In this document: in pieces, positions 1-11,100 of the stretch
How the letters are laid out: each line of letters begins with the position of its first letter
Numbering within the stretch: position 1 is the stretch's first letter
The notes under the pieces: generated by a model
What the model was told of the DNA's origin: nothing
Database searches by the model: none
The model's input: only the letters and a program-made list of their open reading frames with translations
Source of the DNA: an uncultured bacterium
Lineage (GTDB): Bacteria; Verrucomicrobiota; Verrucomicrobiia; Limisphaerales; UBA8199
DNA: 64,000 nucleotides
Reading direction: 5' to 3'
Assembly (NCBI GenBank): GCA_963749495.1
Contig: CAVVMW010000019.1
Location: 64,001-128,000 of the forward strand
Made by a program: the position numbers and the translations under genes

Positions 1-2549
1 CCTTTACGTCATGGCCACCGGGTGCAGCCCGCGCCAATGGCCTGCCTGGCCGGACACTGCGCCGGACGCGCCGGAGGCCGAGGTTTTCAGGGAATTGGCG
101 TCGATCTGCCAGCGGGCCTGCCACCCGGATCGCGGGCGCCGCTACGGCAGCGCCCAGGAGATCCACGCCGACTTGCTCGTGCTCCAATCCGGGCGCTCGT
201 TCACACGATTGAAACGGCTCGAGCGGCTCCTGCGCCTGGCGCGGCGCTGGGGCGCGATAGTGGGCATCACCGGGCTGCTGGCCGGCTTGACGTATCTTCA
301 GTGGTACCAGGAACGGGTACACCGGGCCAAGCTCAACGAGCGCACGGTGGGTTCCTACACCGCCTACGGGTCCCGCGCGCTGGAGCAAAACAATTTGCTC
401 GGGTCGCTGCCCTGGTTCGCCGAGGCCCTGCGCCTGGACGCGGATAACCCGCGCAACGCCCAGACGCACCGCCTGCGCCTGGCGGCGGTCCTGAACCAGG
501 CCCCGGCCTTAGTTCAGATGCTCTTCACCACGCAGGAGGTCAGCTTCGCCTGCTTTGCCGGCCAGGAAGACCAACTGCTCGCCCGGGCCCCGGACGGCCG
601 CTGGGGGGTGATGGCGCTCAGCAGTGGCCGGGCACTGTCTCGTCTGTTCGGAACCGGCAAAGGCTCCGAAGACGTTTCCATCTGTTCCGCCAAGGACCTG
701 GCCATGACAGCCGATGACGGTCCGATCGCCGGATTGTGGGACGTTCGCAACGGCCAGTTGCGGGCGTCGCTCACCAATGGCGCTGGACTCTCCCACCCCA
801 GGCTCAGCCGGGACGGACAGTGGGCTGCCGCCGTAAGCGGCCAACACGACGCTGTGATCTGGAACACGCGCTCGAACACGCCTTGCCACGTCTTGCACGG
901 CCCGGGTTTTGCACTCCTGCACCTGGCCTTCAGCCCGGACGCCAGCCAGATCTTCACGAGCGGAGAGACCAACGAGACCCTGCTCTGGGATGTGGCGGCT
1001 GAGAAAGTGATTCGGCGCCTGACCAACCACACGGGAGAGATTTTCTGCGCCGCCTTCAGCCCGGATGGCCGCCTGGCAGCGACCACCAGCCTGGATCGCA
1101 CAGTCCGCATCTGGGACACCGCCACATGGCTGGAACTGCCCCCGCGCCTCAAACACGAGGACGGGGTATTCAGTGTGGAATTCAGCGCCGACGGGCGGCG
1201 CCTGGTCACCGCGGGGCTTGATTTCACCGCGCGGGTCTGGGACCTGGACACGCGGGAGCAACTGTGGCTGCTCCCCCACAACTCGAAAGTGGTCTGCGCC
1301 GGCTTCAGCCCGCAGGGGCGCTGCGTCGTCACGGCCACCGTTGATGGGACAGTCCGGGTCTGGGACCTCAAGCCCGCCGCAAAGGCGGACCTGCAGCCCT
1401 TGGCCGGTCTTTCCGGCGATGGCCGGCGCATCGCGCTGAAGGAGCCCGAAGGGCTAAGCGTGCGCGATACTCACGAAGATCGGTCCGTGGCCAGGATCAC
1501 GCTCGCCGGGGCCCTGACCAACAAACCGCTGCTCAGCCTGGACGGCACCAAGGTGGTTACCGTGCAGCGCCAGCCCTCGCCGGCGGGCCCCCAGGCTTGT
1601 GGCGCGGCGCTGGGACTGCGCCACCGCGCCCGTGCAGGAGGCCGGCTCGGCCACCCTTGGAGCCGAGATGACCGGCTGGGAGTTGAGCCCTGCCGGGGCG
1701 CGCCTCTTCGCCTATGGAAGGGCCGGCGCGGGCGTCTGGGACCTTGAAACAGGGCGGCAGATTCTCAGGCTCGATTTCCCGGTCCTCCTGGGAGCTTTTG
1801 ATCCCGCGGGAGAGCGGATCGCAGTCGCTTCCGCGAACCAGGTCCAGGTCTGGAGCCTTCGCACGAAGCGCCCGCTGCTCCCTTCGCCCTGGCGCCATGA
1901 CGCGGACGTCAATTCAGTCCAATGGAGCCCCAACGGCCGATATGTCGCAACGGCGTGCCGAGATGACAGTTTTGAACCGCGATGGGCGCGGGTCTGGGAG
2001 GCGGACACGGGGCGTCCGATTGGACCGCCACTGCAGCACCGCGACGGCGTTCGTTTTGCCGCGTTTAACCACCAGGGCAGCCAGGTCCTCACCTGCAGCG
2101 AGGACTTTACGGCCATACTGTGGGACCCCGCCACCGGCAGACAACTGGCGCCGCCGCTGCGCCACCAGGACCAGGTCCTGCACGGGGCCTTCAGTGAAAA
2201 CGACCGCTGGATTGCGACGGTCTCCGACGACAACACGATCCGGCTTTGGGACGCCGCCAACGGCGAACCACTGGCGCCGCCACTGCGCCACTCGACCAAA
2301 CTGACTCGCGTGCAATGGCTCGACCAGGACCGGCGCCTGGCCGCCTGGACCGAAAGCGGGGCCGCCTGGCTCTGGGACCTGCCGCAGGACACGCGTCCAG
2401 TGGCCGACCTGGTGCTGACCGCCCAACTCCTGTCCGCCGAACAGATTCACCGCAGCGAGGCCGTCATGCCGCAGACCAAGGAGGCCCTGCGCGGGATCTG
2501 GCAGCCGCTGCGCACCCGCTATCCCGAGGAATTCTCGCTGCGGCCTTGA
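1..2549 (+). CDS. Ser/Thr protein kinase (C-terminal part only) + TM segment + multiple WD40 repeats; 5'-partial, apparent frameshift at ~1590
   Basis: Frame reads LYVMATG...ICQRACHPDRGRRYGSA (kinase C-lobe end), hydrophobic GAIVGITGLLAGLTYL, then WD40 motifs (AFSPDGRLAATTSLDRTVRIWD). ORFs 11..1747 and 1599..2549 join if one C of the C5 run at 1588-1592 is removed. Confidence 0.88.
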
Positions 2550-2569
2550 GCCGGCATCCTCTGTTCTCA

Positions 2570-2600
2570 TTGACAAGGGATTTCCACTGCGGTCTATATT
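2570..2600 (+). promoter_or_regulatory. Putative sigma70 promoter for mazG
   Basis: TTGACA (2570-2575) and TATATT (2595-2600) with a 19-nt spacer, 11 nt upstream of ATG 2612. Confidence 0.45.
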
Positions 2601-2611
2601 CACCGTGCGGA

Positions 2612-3283
2612 ATGAACAAGAAGACCAGGCGGAGCGCCCTCGGCCGGTTGCTCGAGATCATGGCGCGGTTGCGGGGCCCGGGCGGCTGCCCCTGGGACCG
2701 GCAGCAAGACCATCGCTCGCTCCGCTGGCACGCCGTCGAGGAGGCCTATGAGTTGATCGATGCCATCGAGGCCGGCGATGACCACGAGCTGGAGGAGGAG
2801 CTGGGGGACATGCTCATGCAAGTGGTGTTCCACTGCCAACTGGCCCGGGAACGCGGCGCCTTCGATTTCGAGCGCGTCGCCCGGCACATCGCCGACAAGC
2901 TCGTTCGCCGTCACCCGCATGTCTTCGGAGAGGTCAAGGTCAAGGGCGTCAACCAGGTCTGGGCCAATTGGGAGCGGATCAAGCGGGCGGAGAAGCAAGG
3001 CACCCGCCACGCGCGGCCCTCGGCCCTGGATGGCATTCCCAAACACCTGCCGGCGCTGCTGCGCGCCGAGAAACTCCTCAAGAAGGCCCGGCGCGCAAAA
3101 CTGGCGCCCAAGCCGCCCAGGCCCCGCAAGCTGACCCGCGCGGGCCTGGGCCGCCAATTGCTCGGCCTGGCCGCCTTCGCCCAAAGCAAAGGCTGGTCCG
3201 CCGAGGACCTCCTGCGCGTGGCAATCCGCAAACAGGAACGAGCCTGGCGCAAGCTGGAGCGCTACTGCCCTGTGACGCGGTAG
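2612..3283 (+). CDS. mazG: MazG family nucleoside triphosphate pyrophosphohydrolase
   Basis: LLEIMARLRGPGGCPWDRQQ, EEAYEL, EELGD, KLVRRHPHVFG motifs; ATG at 2612; second MazG domain degenerate. Confidence 0.93.
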   Translation: MNKKTRRSALGRLLEIMARLRGPGGCPWDRQQDHRSLRWHAVEEAYELIDAIEAGDDHELEEELGDMLMQVVFHCQLARERGAFDFERVARHIADKLVRRHPHVFGEVKVKGVNQVWANWERIKRAEKQGTRHARPSALDGIPKHLPALLRAEKLLKKARRAKLAPKPPRPRKLTRAGLGRQLLGLAAFAQSKGWSAEDLLRVAIRKQERAWRKLERYCPVTR

Positions 3284-5064
3284 AACCGGCGCGAGTAGTT
3301 GGTCGCCTGCAGATCCACGTAATGGATGAGCCCGCTGGCGTCGGCCACATTCGTGCTGAGCACCGTCCAGTTCTTCAGGTCAGTGGTTCCCTCAACCAGG
3401 TAGGTTCCGCCGGAGACGGCCAACGCGGCCAACTTGAAGTTCCCATCGGCTTGCCTCCCGGAGTTTGCCAGGAGGATGTTCACGGCGTTCGTCCCCCCTG
3501 CGCCGCCGGCTGGTGTAATCGTCAATGTCCCATTCGAGAAGCTGAGGGCGTAATTGGTGGCGGTCAGACCGCTGGGGATGATCGGGTATTGGCCCAGCGG
3601 GCTGTTGGTCTGGGCGGGCGTGGCAAAGGCCAGCGTTCCGCTCAAGACACCCTGGTTTTCGCCATTGACAAAGCCTGTGAGGGTGGCGGCAAAGGGGGGG
3701 TTGGTCTGGCCGTAGGGGCGGCTGGAGTTCAGGGCCTGGACCAGCAACGGCGCCGGCGTGACGCTGAGGGTTCCATCCAGGTATCGAATGGTGTAATTGG
3801 CCGCGCTCTGGCCTGAAACATGGATCGGGTAGAGGCCGACCGGGCTGTTGGTCTGGGCGGGAGAACTGCCGAACAGCGTGCCGGTGAGCATACTCTCCGT
3901 GTCCCCGTTGACAAAGCCCCCGTAAATCACGGTGAAGGGCGGGTTGGTCTGCCCATAGGCCCGGCTCTGATCCATGGCCAGACCCCACAAGGTCGCCGGC
4001 CCGATGCTCAAGGTGCCGTTGTTGGTGCTCACGCTGTAGTTGGCCAGCCTCTGGTTCGGGTCCGAGAGAGTCACCGTGATGGGGTAGCTGCCCACCGGGC
4101 TGGCGGCAGTCGCTGCGGTGCTGTAGCTGGCGGTGATGTTGTCGCCGCTCTGCACTCCGGCGAGCCTGCCGGTCAAGACGGGGTTGGCGGCTCCGTAAAT
4201 GCGGCTTTGGTTGTCGGCACTGGCCACCAGGGCACAGGCGCTAACGGTGAGTGTGCCGTTGGAGAAGCTCAGGCTGTAATTGGTGGCGGTCAGACCGGTG
4301 GGGATGATCGGGTATTGGCCCAGCGGGCTGTTGGTCTGGGCGGGCGTGGCAAAGGCCAGCGTTCCGCTCAAGACACCCTGGTTTTCGCCATTGACAAAGC
4401 CGGTGAGGGTGGCGGCAAAGGGGGGGTTGGTCTGGCCGTAGGCGCGGCTGGAGTTCAGGGCCTGGACCAGCAACGGCGCCGACGTGACGCTGAGGGTTCC
4501 ATCCAGGTATTGAATGGTGTAATTGGCCGCGCTCTGGCCTGAAACATGGATCGGGTAGAGGCCGACGGGGCTGTTGGTCTGGGCCGCAGATGTGCCCAGC
4601 AAGGTTCCGGTGAGAACGCTGACCGTCTCTCCGTTGACAAAGCCGCTGTAGGTCGCGGTAAAGGGCGGGTTGGTCTGGCCATAGGGCCTGCTGGCGCTGT
4701 CCGCAGTCACCGTCAGCACGGGCCTGACGTAGTAAAGGACTTCATTAGAGAAGCCGCTTTCCGGTCCCGCGCTTTCGGATGCCGTGGCAGCGAAAAAATA
4801 AGTGACCCCGGGGACCAGGCCGGTAATGGTCACATTGGTCACGGCGGCGAGAGGGACGTTGTTGGTATAGGTCTGGCTGGCGGCCCCATAATAGACGTTA
4901 TAGGCTACGACATGAGGATCGGTACTCGGGTCCCATGCGAGCGTGACGCTGGCAGTTGATCCGTCGGCAGCGGCGGCCCAACCAAGCCCCGCAGCGGCGA
5001 TGGAGGCGAAAATCAGCTCCCGAGCCATTTCCCCCAACACCTTCAATAGGCGTGCGTTTTCCAC
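3262..5064 (-). CDS. Secreted fibronectin type III + MBG-repeat protein with conserved C-terminal tail
   Basis: Signal-like ASIAAAGLGWAAAA; FN3 (VTLAWDPS...YNVYYG...GLVPGVTYFFAATA); five MBG-type units (LTVTA..xYGxxNPxF); ends STDL-like TTDLKNW...RRFYRV. Confidence 0.85.
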   Translation of the reverse strand: MENARLLKVLGEMARELIFASIAAAGLGWAAAADGSTASVTLAWDPSTDPHVVAYNVYYGAASQTYTNNVPLAAVTNVTITGLVPGVTYFFAATASESAGPESGFSNEVLYYVRPVLTVTADSASRPYGQTNPPFTATYSGFVNGETVSVLTGTLLGTSAAQTNSPVGLYPIHVSGQSAANYTIQYLDGTLSVTSAPLLVQALNSSRAYGQTNPPFAATLTGFVNGENQGVLSGTLAFATPAQTNSPLGQYPIIPTGLTATNYSLSFSNGTLTVSACALVASADNQSRIYGAANPVLTGRLAGVQSGDNITASYSTAATAASPVGSYPITVTLSDPNQRLANYSVSTNNGTLSIGPATLWGLAMDQSRAYGQTNPPFTVIYGGFVNGDTESMLTGTLFGSSPAQTNSPVGLYPIHVSGQSAANYTIRYLDGTLSVTPAPLLVQALNSSRPYGQTNPPFAATLTGFVNGENQGVLSGTLAFATPAQTNSPLGQYPIIPSGLTATNYALSFSNGTLTITPAGGAGGTNAVNILLANSGRQADGNFKLAALAVSGGTYLVEGTTDLKNWTVLSTNVADASGLIHYVDLQATNYSRRFYRVTGQ

Positions 5065-5116
5065 AGCGGCGTCCGAGACGCACGAACTCGAAGCTTGCCA
5101 GCTTCATGGACGACAG

Positions 5117-8100
5117 TCAAGGATATACCGACCGATAATAGCGGAAGGAAGTCCCGGTCCCGGGGGTATCGATGAACTGGAACGAGCCGAACGAATCGGC
5201 GGTTGCGCTGCCCACGGTCTGCCAGTTGCTGTGCTGGAGGTTGCCGGAGAACTGGATGTGGTAGGTGCGGTAGGGGATGCCGTTGCCATTGATGGCGAAA
5301 GAGCCGTTGCCCAGGCTGACGATAGTCAAATTCACTGATAGGCTGGTATTGGCGTTAACGTTCACGTTCACCGTGCCGGTCACCGTCGCGTAGCCGTCGC
5401 TAATCGTATAGGTAAACGAGTCTGCATTGGTGGACCCAGGTGCCGGGGTGTAAATAATCCAGTTGCTGTCGACCGAGAGGGTGCCGCCGTTGGCGCTGGT
5501 GGCGCTGGCGCTGAGGAAGGTGATGGGGTCGCCGTCGGCATCGGTGGCAATGCCCAGCAACGACGCGATGGGGATTTTCGCGCCTTCGGTTGGGGGTCGC
5601 AGGATGGTTTCCGCGCCCGCAACCGGCGGCGTGTTGATCACCTGGCTCGACGACAATTGGTTGGTGGCCCCGAGGAAGTTGCCGTCTCCGGCATACTCCG
5701 CCACGACAGTGTGGGTGCCGTGCGCCAGTGTGCTGTTTGTGTACGTCGCGACAGCGCCGGACAAGGTGCTGGAACCGGCGATGCTGCCATCGATGCGGAA
5801 GTTCACCGTGCCGGTCGGCGTGCCCCCGCCGGGAGCCACCACGCCCAGACTGTTGGTGAAGATAACCGGCGTGCCAGGCAGGGCCGGGTTGGAGGATGAA
5901 TTGAGCGCCGCAACCGTCGTGGCCTTCGCCAGAGTGAGTTGACCATTAGCGAAGCTGAAACTGTAATTGGCTGCGGCCAGTGTGCCTGCCGCAGCCGTGA
6001 TCGGATAGGGGCCGGGAACAGGGCTGGCAGCCGTCGCCGTGGTCGTCAAACTCGGACTGCCCGTCACCCCGCTGGTGGGCAGCGTTTCGCCGTTCTGGAA
6101 CCCGGAATAACTCGCGGTGAACGCCGGGTTTGCCTGGCCATAAACGCGGGTCGCATTGCTCGCGGTCACGGTCAGCACAGCCTTGTTCACAGTCAGCGTG
6201 CCGTTGACAAAGCTGAAGGTGTAGTTGGCAGCGCTCAAACTGCCCGCTGCCGCAGTGATGGCATAAGTGCCCACCCCGCTAGCGGTCGTGGCCGTGGTGG
6301 TCAGGCTTGGGCTGCCGCTCAGCACGCTGCTGGTGTCCCCGTTGACAAAACCGCTGGGCGTGTAACTGAAACTCGGGTTGGCCGCCCCGTAGGTCTTGCC
6401 GGCGGCGTTGGCCGTGATCGTCAGCGTCGCCGCGTTGACCGTCAGCGTGCCAGGGACAAAGCTGAAGGTGTAGTTGGCGGCGGTCAAACTGCCCGCTGCC
6501 GCAGTGATGGCATAAGTGCCCACCCCGCTGGAGGTCGTGGCCGTGGTGGTCAGGCTTGGGCTGCCGCTCAGCACGCTGCTGGTGTCCCCGTTGACAAACC
6601 CGCTGGGCGTGTAACTGAAAGTCGGGTTGGCCGCCCCGTAGGTCTTGCTGGCGGCGTTGGCCGTGATCGTCAGTGTCGCCGCGTTGACCGTCAGCGTGCC
6701 GTTGACAAAACTGAAGGTGTAGTTGGCGGCGGTCAAACTGCCCGCTGCCGCAGTGATGGCATAAGTGCCCACCCCGCTGGCAGTCGTGGCCGTGGTGGTC
6801 AGGCTTGGGCTGCCGCTGAGCACGCTGCTGGTGTCCCCGTTGACAAAGCCGCTGGGCGTGTAACTGAAGCTCGGGTTGGCCGCCCCGTAGGTCTTGCTGG
6901 CGGCGTTGGCCGTGATGGTCAGCGTCGCTTTGTTCACAGTGAGCGTGCCGTTGACAAAACTGAAGGTGTAGTTGGCGGCGCTCAAACTGCCCGCTGCCGC
7001 AGTGATGGCATAAGTGCCCACCCCGCTAGCGGTCGTGGCCGTGGTGGTCAGGCTTGGGCTGCCGCTCAGCACGCTGCTGGTGTCCCCGTTGACAAAACCG
7101 CTGGGCGTGTAACTGAAACTCGGGTTGGCCGCCCCGTAGGTCTTGCCGGCGGCGTTGGCCGTGATCGTCAGTGTCGCCGCGTTGACCGTCAGCGTGCCGT
7201 TGACAAAACTGAAGGTGTAGTTGGCGGCGGTCAAACTGCCCGCTGCCGCAGTGATGGCATAAGTGCCCACCCCGCTGGCAGTCGTGGCCGTGGTGGTCAG
7301 GCTTGGGCTGCCGCTGAGCACGCTGCTGGTGTCCCCGTTGACAAAACCGCTGGGCGTGTAACTGAAAGTCGGGTTGGCCGCCCCGTAGGTCTTGCTGGCG
7401 GCGTTGGCCGTGATCGTCAGTGTCGCCGCGTTGACCGTCAGCGTGCCGTTGACAAAACTGAAGGTGTAGTTGGCGGCGGTCAAACTGCCCGCTGCCGCAG
7501 TGATGGCATAAGTGCCCACCCCGCTGGCGGTCGTGGCCGTGGTGGTCAGGCTTGGGCTGCCGCTCAGCACGCTGCTGGTGTCCCCGTTGACAAACCCGCT
7601 GGGCGTGTAACCGAAAGTCGGGTTGGCCGCCCCGTAGGTCTTGCTGGCGGCGTTGGCCGTGATCGTCAGCGTCGCTTTGTTCACAGTGAGCGTGCCGTTG
7701 ACAAAGCTGAAGGTGTAGTTGGCGGCGGTCAAGCTCCCCAGGGCCGCAGTGATGGCATAAGTGCCCACCCCGCTGGCAGTCGTGGCCGTGGTCGTCAGGC
7801 TCGGGCTGCCGCTCAGCACGCTGCTGGTGTCCCCGTTGACAAACCCGCTGGGCGTGTAACTGAAAGTCGGGTTGGCCGCCCCGTAGGTCTTGCTGGCGGC
7901 GTTGGCCGTGATCGTCAGCGTCGCCGCGTTGACCGTCAGCGTGCCAGGGACAAAGCTGAAGGTGTAGTTGGCGGCGGTCAAGCTCCCCAGGGCCGCAGTG
8001 ATGGCATAAGTGCCCACACCGCTGGCAGTCGTGGCCGTGGTCGTCAGGCTCGGGCTGCCGCTCAGCACGCTGCTGGTGTCCCCGTTGACAAACCCGCTGG

Positions 8101-11100
8101 GCGTGTAACTGAAAGTCGGGTTGGCCGCCCCGTAGGTCTTGCTGGCGGCGTTGGCCGTGATGGTCAGCGTCGCTTTGTTCACAGTGAGCGTGCCGTTGAC
8201 AAAGCTGAAAGTGTAGTTGGCGGCGGTCAAGCTCCCCAGGGCCGCAGTGATGGCATAAGTGCCCACACCGCTGGCAGTCGTGGCCGTGGTCGTCAGGCTC
8301 GGGCTGCCGGTCAGCACGCTGCTGGTGTCCCCGTTGACAAAGCCGCTGGGTGTGTAACTAAAGCTCGGGTTGGCCGCCCCGTAGGTCTTGCTGGCGGCGT
8401 TGGCCGTGATGGTCAGCGTCGCTTTGTTCACAGTGAGCGTGCCGTTGACAAAGCTGAAAGTGTAGTTGGCGGCGCCCAAACTGCCCGTTGCCGCAGTGAT
8501 GGCATAAGTGCCCACCCCGCTGGCAGTCGTGGCCGTGGTGGTCAGGCTTGGGCTGCCGGTCAGCACGCTGCTGGTGTCCCCGTTGACAAAGCCGCTGGGC
8601 GTGTAACCGAAGCTCGGGTTGGCCGCCCCGTAGGTCTTGCTGGCGGCGTTGGCCGTAATCGTCAGCGTCGCCGCGTTGACCGTCAGCGTGCCAGGGACAA
8701 AACTGAAGGTGTAGTTGGCGGCGCTCAAACTGCCCGCTGCCGCAGTGATGGCATAAGTGCCCACACCACTGGAGGTCGTGGCCGTGGTGGTCAGGCTTGG
8801 GCTGCCGGTCAGCACGCTGCTGGTGTCCCCGTTGACAAACCCGCTGGGCGTGTAACCGAAGCTCGGGTTGGCCGCCCCGTAGGTCTTGCTGGCGGCGTTG
8901 GCCGTGATGGTCAGCGTCGCCGCGTTGACCGTCAGCGTGCCAGGGACAAAACTGAAGGTGTAGTTGGCGGCGCTCAAAGTGCCCGCTGCCGCAGTGATGG
9001 CATAAGTGCCCACACCACTGGCGGTCGTGGCCGTGGTGGTCAGGCTCGGGCTGCCGCTGAGCACGCTGCTGGTGTCCCCGTTGACAAACCCGCTGGGCGT
9101 GTAACCGAAGCTCGGGTTGGCCGCCCCGTAGGTCTTGCTGGCGGCGTTGGCCGTGATGGTCAGCGTCGCTTTGTTCACAGTGAGCGTGCCGTTGACAAAG
9201 CTGAAAGTGTAGTTGGCGGCGCTCAAACTGCCCGTTGCCGCAGTGATGGCATAAGTGCCCACACCACTGGAGGTCGTGGCCGTGGTCGTCAGGCTCGGGC
9301 TGCCGCTCAGCACGCTGCTGGTGTCCCCGTTGACAAACCCGCTGGGCGTGTAACCGAAGCTCGGGTTGGCCGTCCCGTAGCTCTTGCTGGCGGCGTTGGC
9401 CGTGATCGTCAGCGTCGCCGCGTTGACCGTCAGCGTGCCAGGGATAAAGCTGAAGGTGTAGTTGGCGGCGCTCAAAGTGCCCGCTGCCGCAGTGATGGCA
9501 TAAGTGCCCACACCACTGGAGGTCGTGGCCGTGGTGGTCAGGCTTGGGCTGCCGGTCAGCACGCTGCTGGTGTCCCCGTTGACAAACCCGCTGGGCGTGT
9601 AACCGAAGCTCGGGTTGGCCGCCCCGTAGGTCTTGCTGGCGGCGTTGGCCGTGATCGTCAGCGTCGCCGCGTTGACCGTCAGCGTGCCAGGGATAAAGCT
9701 GAAGGTGTAGTTGGCGGCGCTCAAAGTGCCCGCTGCCGCAGTGATGGCATAAGTGCCCACACCACTGGCGGTCGTGGCCGTGGTCGTCAGGCTCGGGCTG
9801 CCGGTCAGCACGCTGCTGGTGTCCCCGTTGACAAAACCGCTGGGCGTGTAACTGAAACTCGGGTTGGCCGCCCCGTAGGTCTTGCTGGCGGCGTTGGCCG
9901 TGATCGTCAGCGTCGCTTTGTTCACAGTGAGCGTGCCGTTGACAAAACTGAAGGTGTAGTTGGCGGCGCTCAAACTGCCCGCTGCCGCAGTGATGGCATA
10001 AGTGCCCACCCCGCTGGCAGTCGTGGCCGTGGTGGTCAGGCTTGGGCTGCCGCTGAGCACGCTGCTGGTGTCCCCGTTGAAAAACCCGCTGGGCGTGTAA
10101 CCGAAGCTCGGGTTGGCCGCCCCGTAGGTCTTGCCGGCGGCGTTGGCCGTGATCGTCAGCGTCGCCGCGTTGACCGTCAGCGTGCCAGGGACAAAGCTGA
10201 AGGTGTAGTTGGCGGCGCTCAAACTGCCCGCTGCCGCAGTGATGGCATAAGTGCCCACCCCGCTGGCGGTCGTGGCCGTGGTGGTCAGGCTTGGGCTGCC
10301 GCTCAGCACGCTGCTGGTGTCCCCGTTGACAAAACCGCTGGGCGTGTAACTGAAACTCGGGTTGGCCGCCCCGTAGGTCTTGCTGGCGGCGTTGGCCGTG
10401 ATCGTCAGCGTCGCCGCGTTGACCGTCAGCGTGCCAGGGACAAAACTGAAGGTGTAGTTGGCGGCGCTCAAAGTGCCCGCTGCCGCAGTGATGGCATAAG
10501 TGCCCACCCCGCTGGCAGTCGTGGCCGTGGTGGTCAGGCTCGGGTTGCCGGTCAGCACGCTGCTGGTGTCCCCGTTGACAAAACCGCTGGGTGTATAACT
10601 GAAAGTCGGGTTGGCCACCCCGTAGGTCTTGCTGGCGGCGTTGGCCGTAATCGTCACCGTCGCCGCGTTGACCGTCAGCGTGCCAGGGACAAAGCTGAAG
10701 GTGTAGTTGGCGGCGCTCAAAGTGCCCGCTGCCGCAGTGATGGCATAAGTGCCCACCCCGCTGGCGGTCGTGGCCGTGGTCGTCAGGCTCGGGCTGCCGC
10801 TCAGCACGCTGCTGGTGTCGCCGTTGACAAACCCGCTGGGCGTGTAACTGAAGCTCGGGTTGGCCGCCCCGTAGGTCTTGCTCCCGGAATTGGCTGTGAT
10901 GGTCAACAGCGCCGGGTTCACGTTGATACTCACACTTGTGGCGGCAGGCAGGAACGAGGTCGTGTCCACCGGGGTGAAGGTGACAGACAGGGTCTGGGCG
11001 GCGCCCGCGCTCAGAACAGTGCCGAGAGGCGGCGTGTAGGTGAACGTGCCGCTGACGTTTGTAGAGTTGAAAGTCGCCGTTGCACTCAATTGGGAACTGC

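Noticed and set aside
6178..10908. Possible CRISPR array
   Set aside because: Contiguous 249-bp coding repeats without unique spacers; no cas genes in the window
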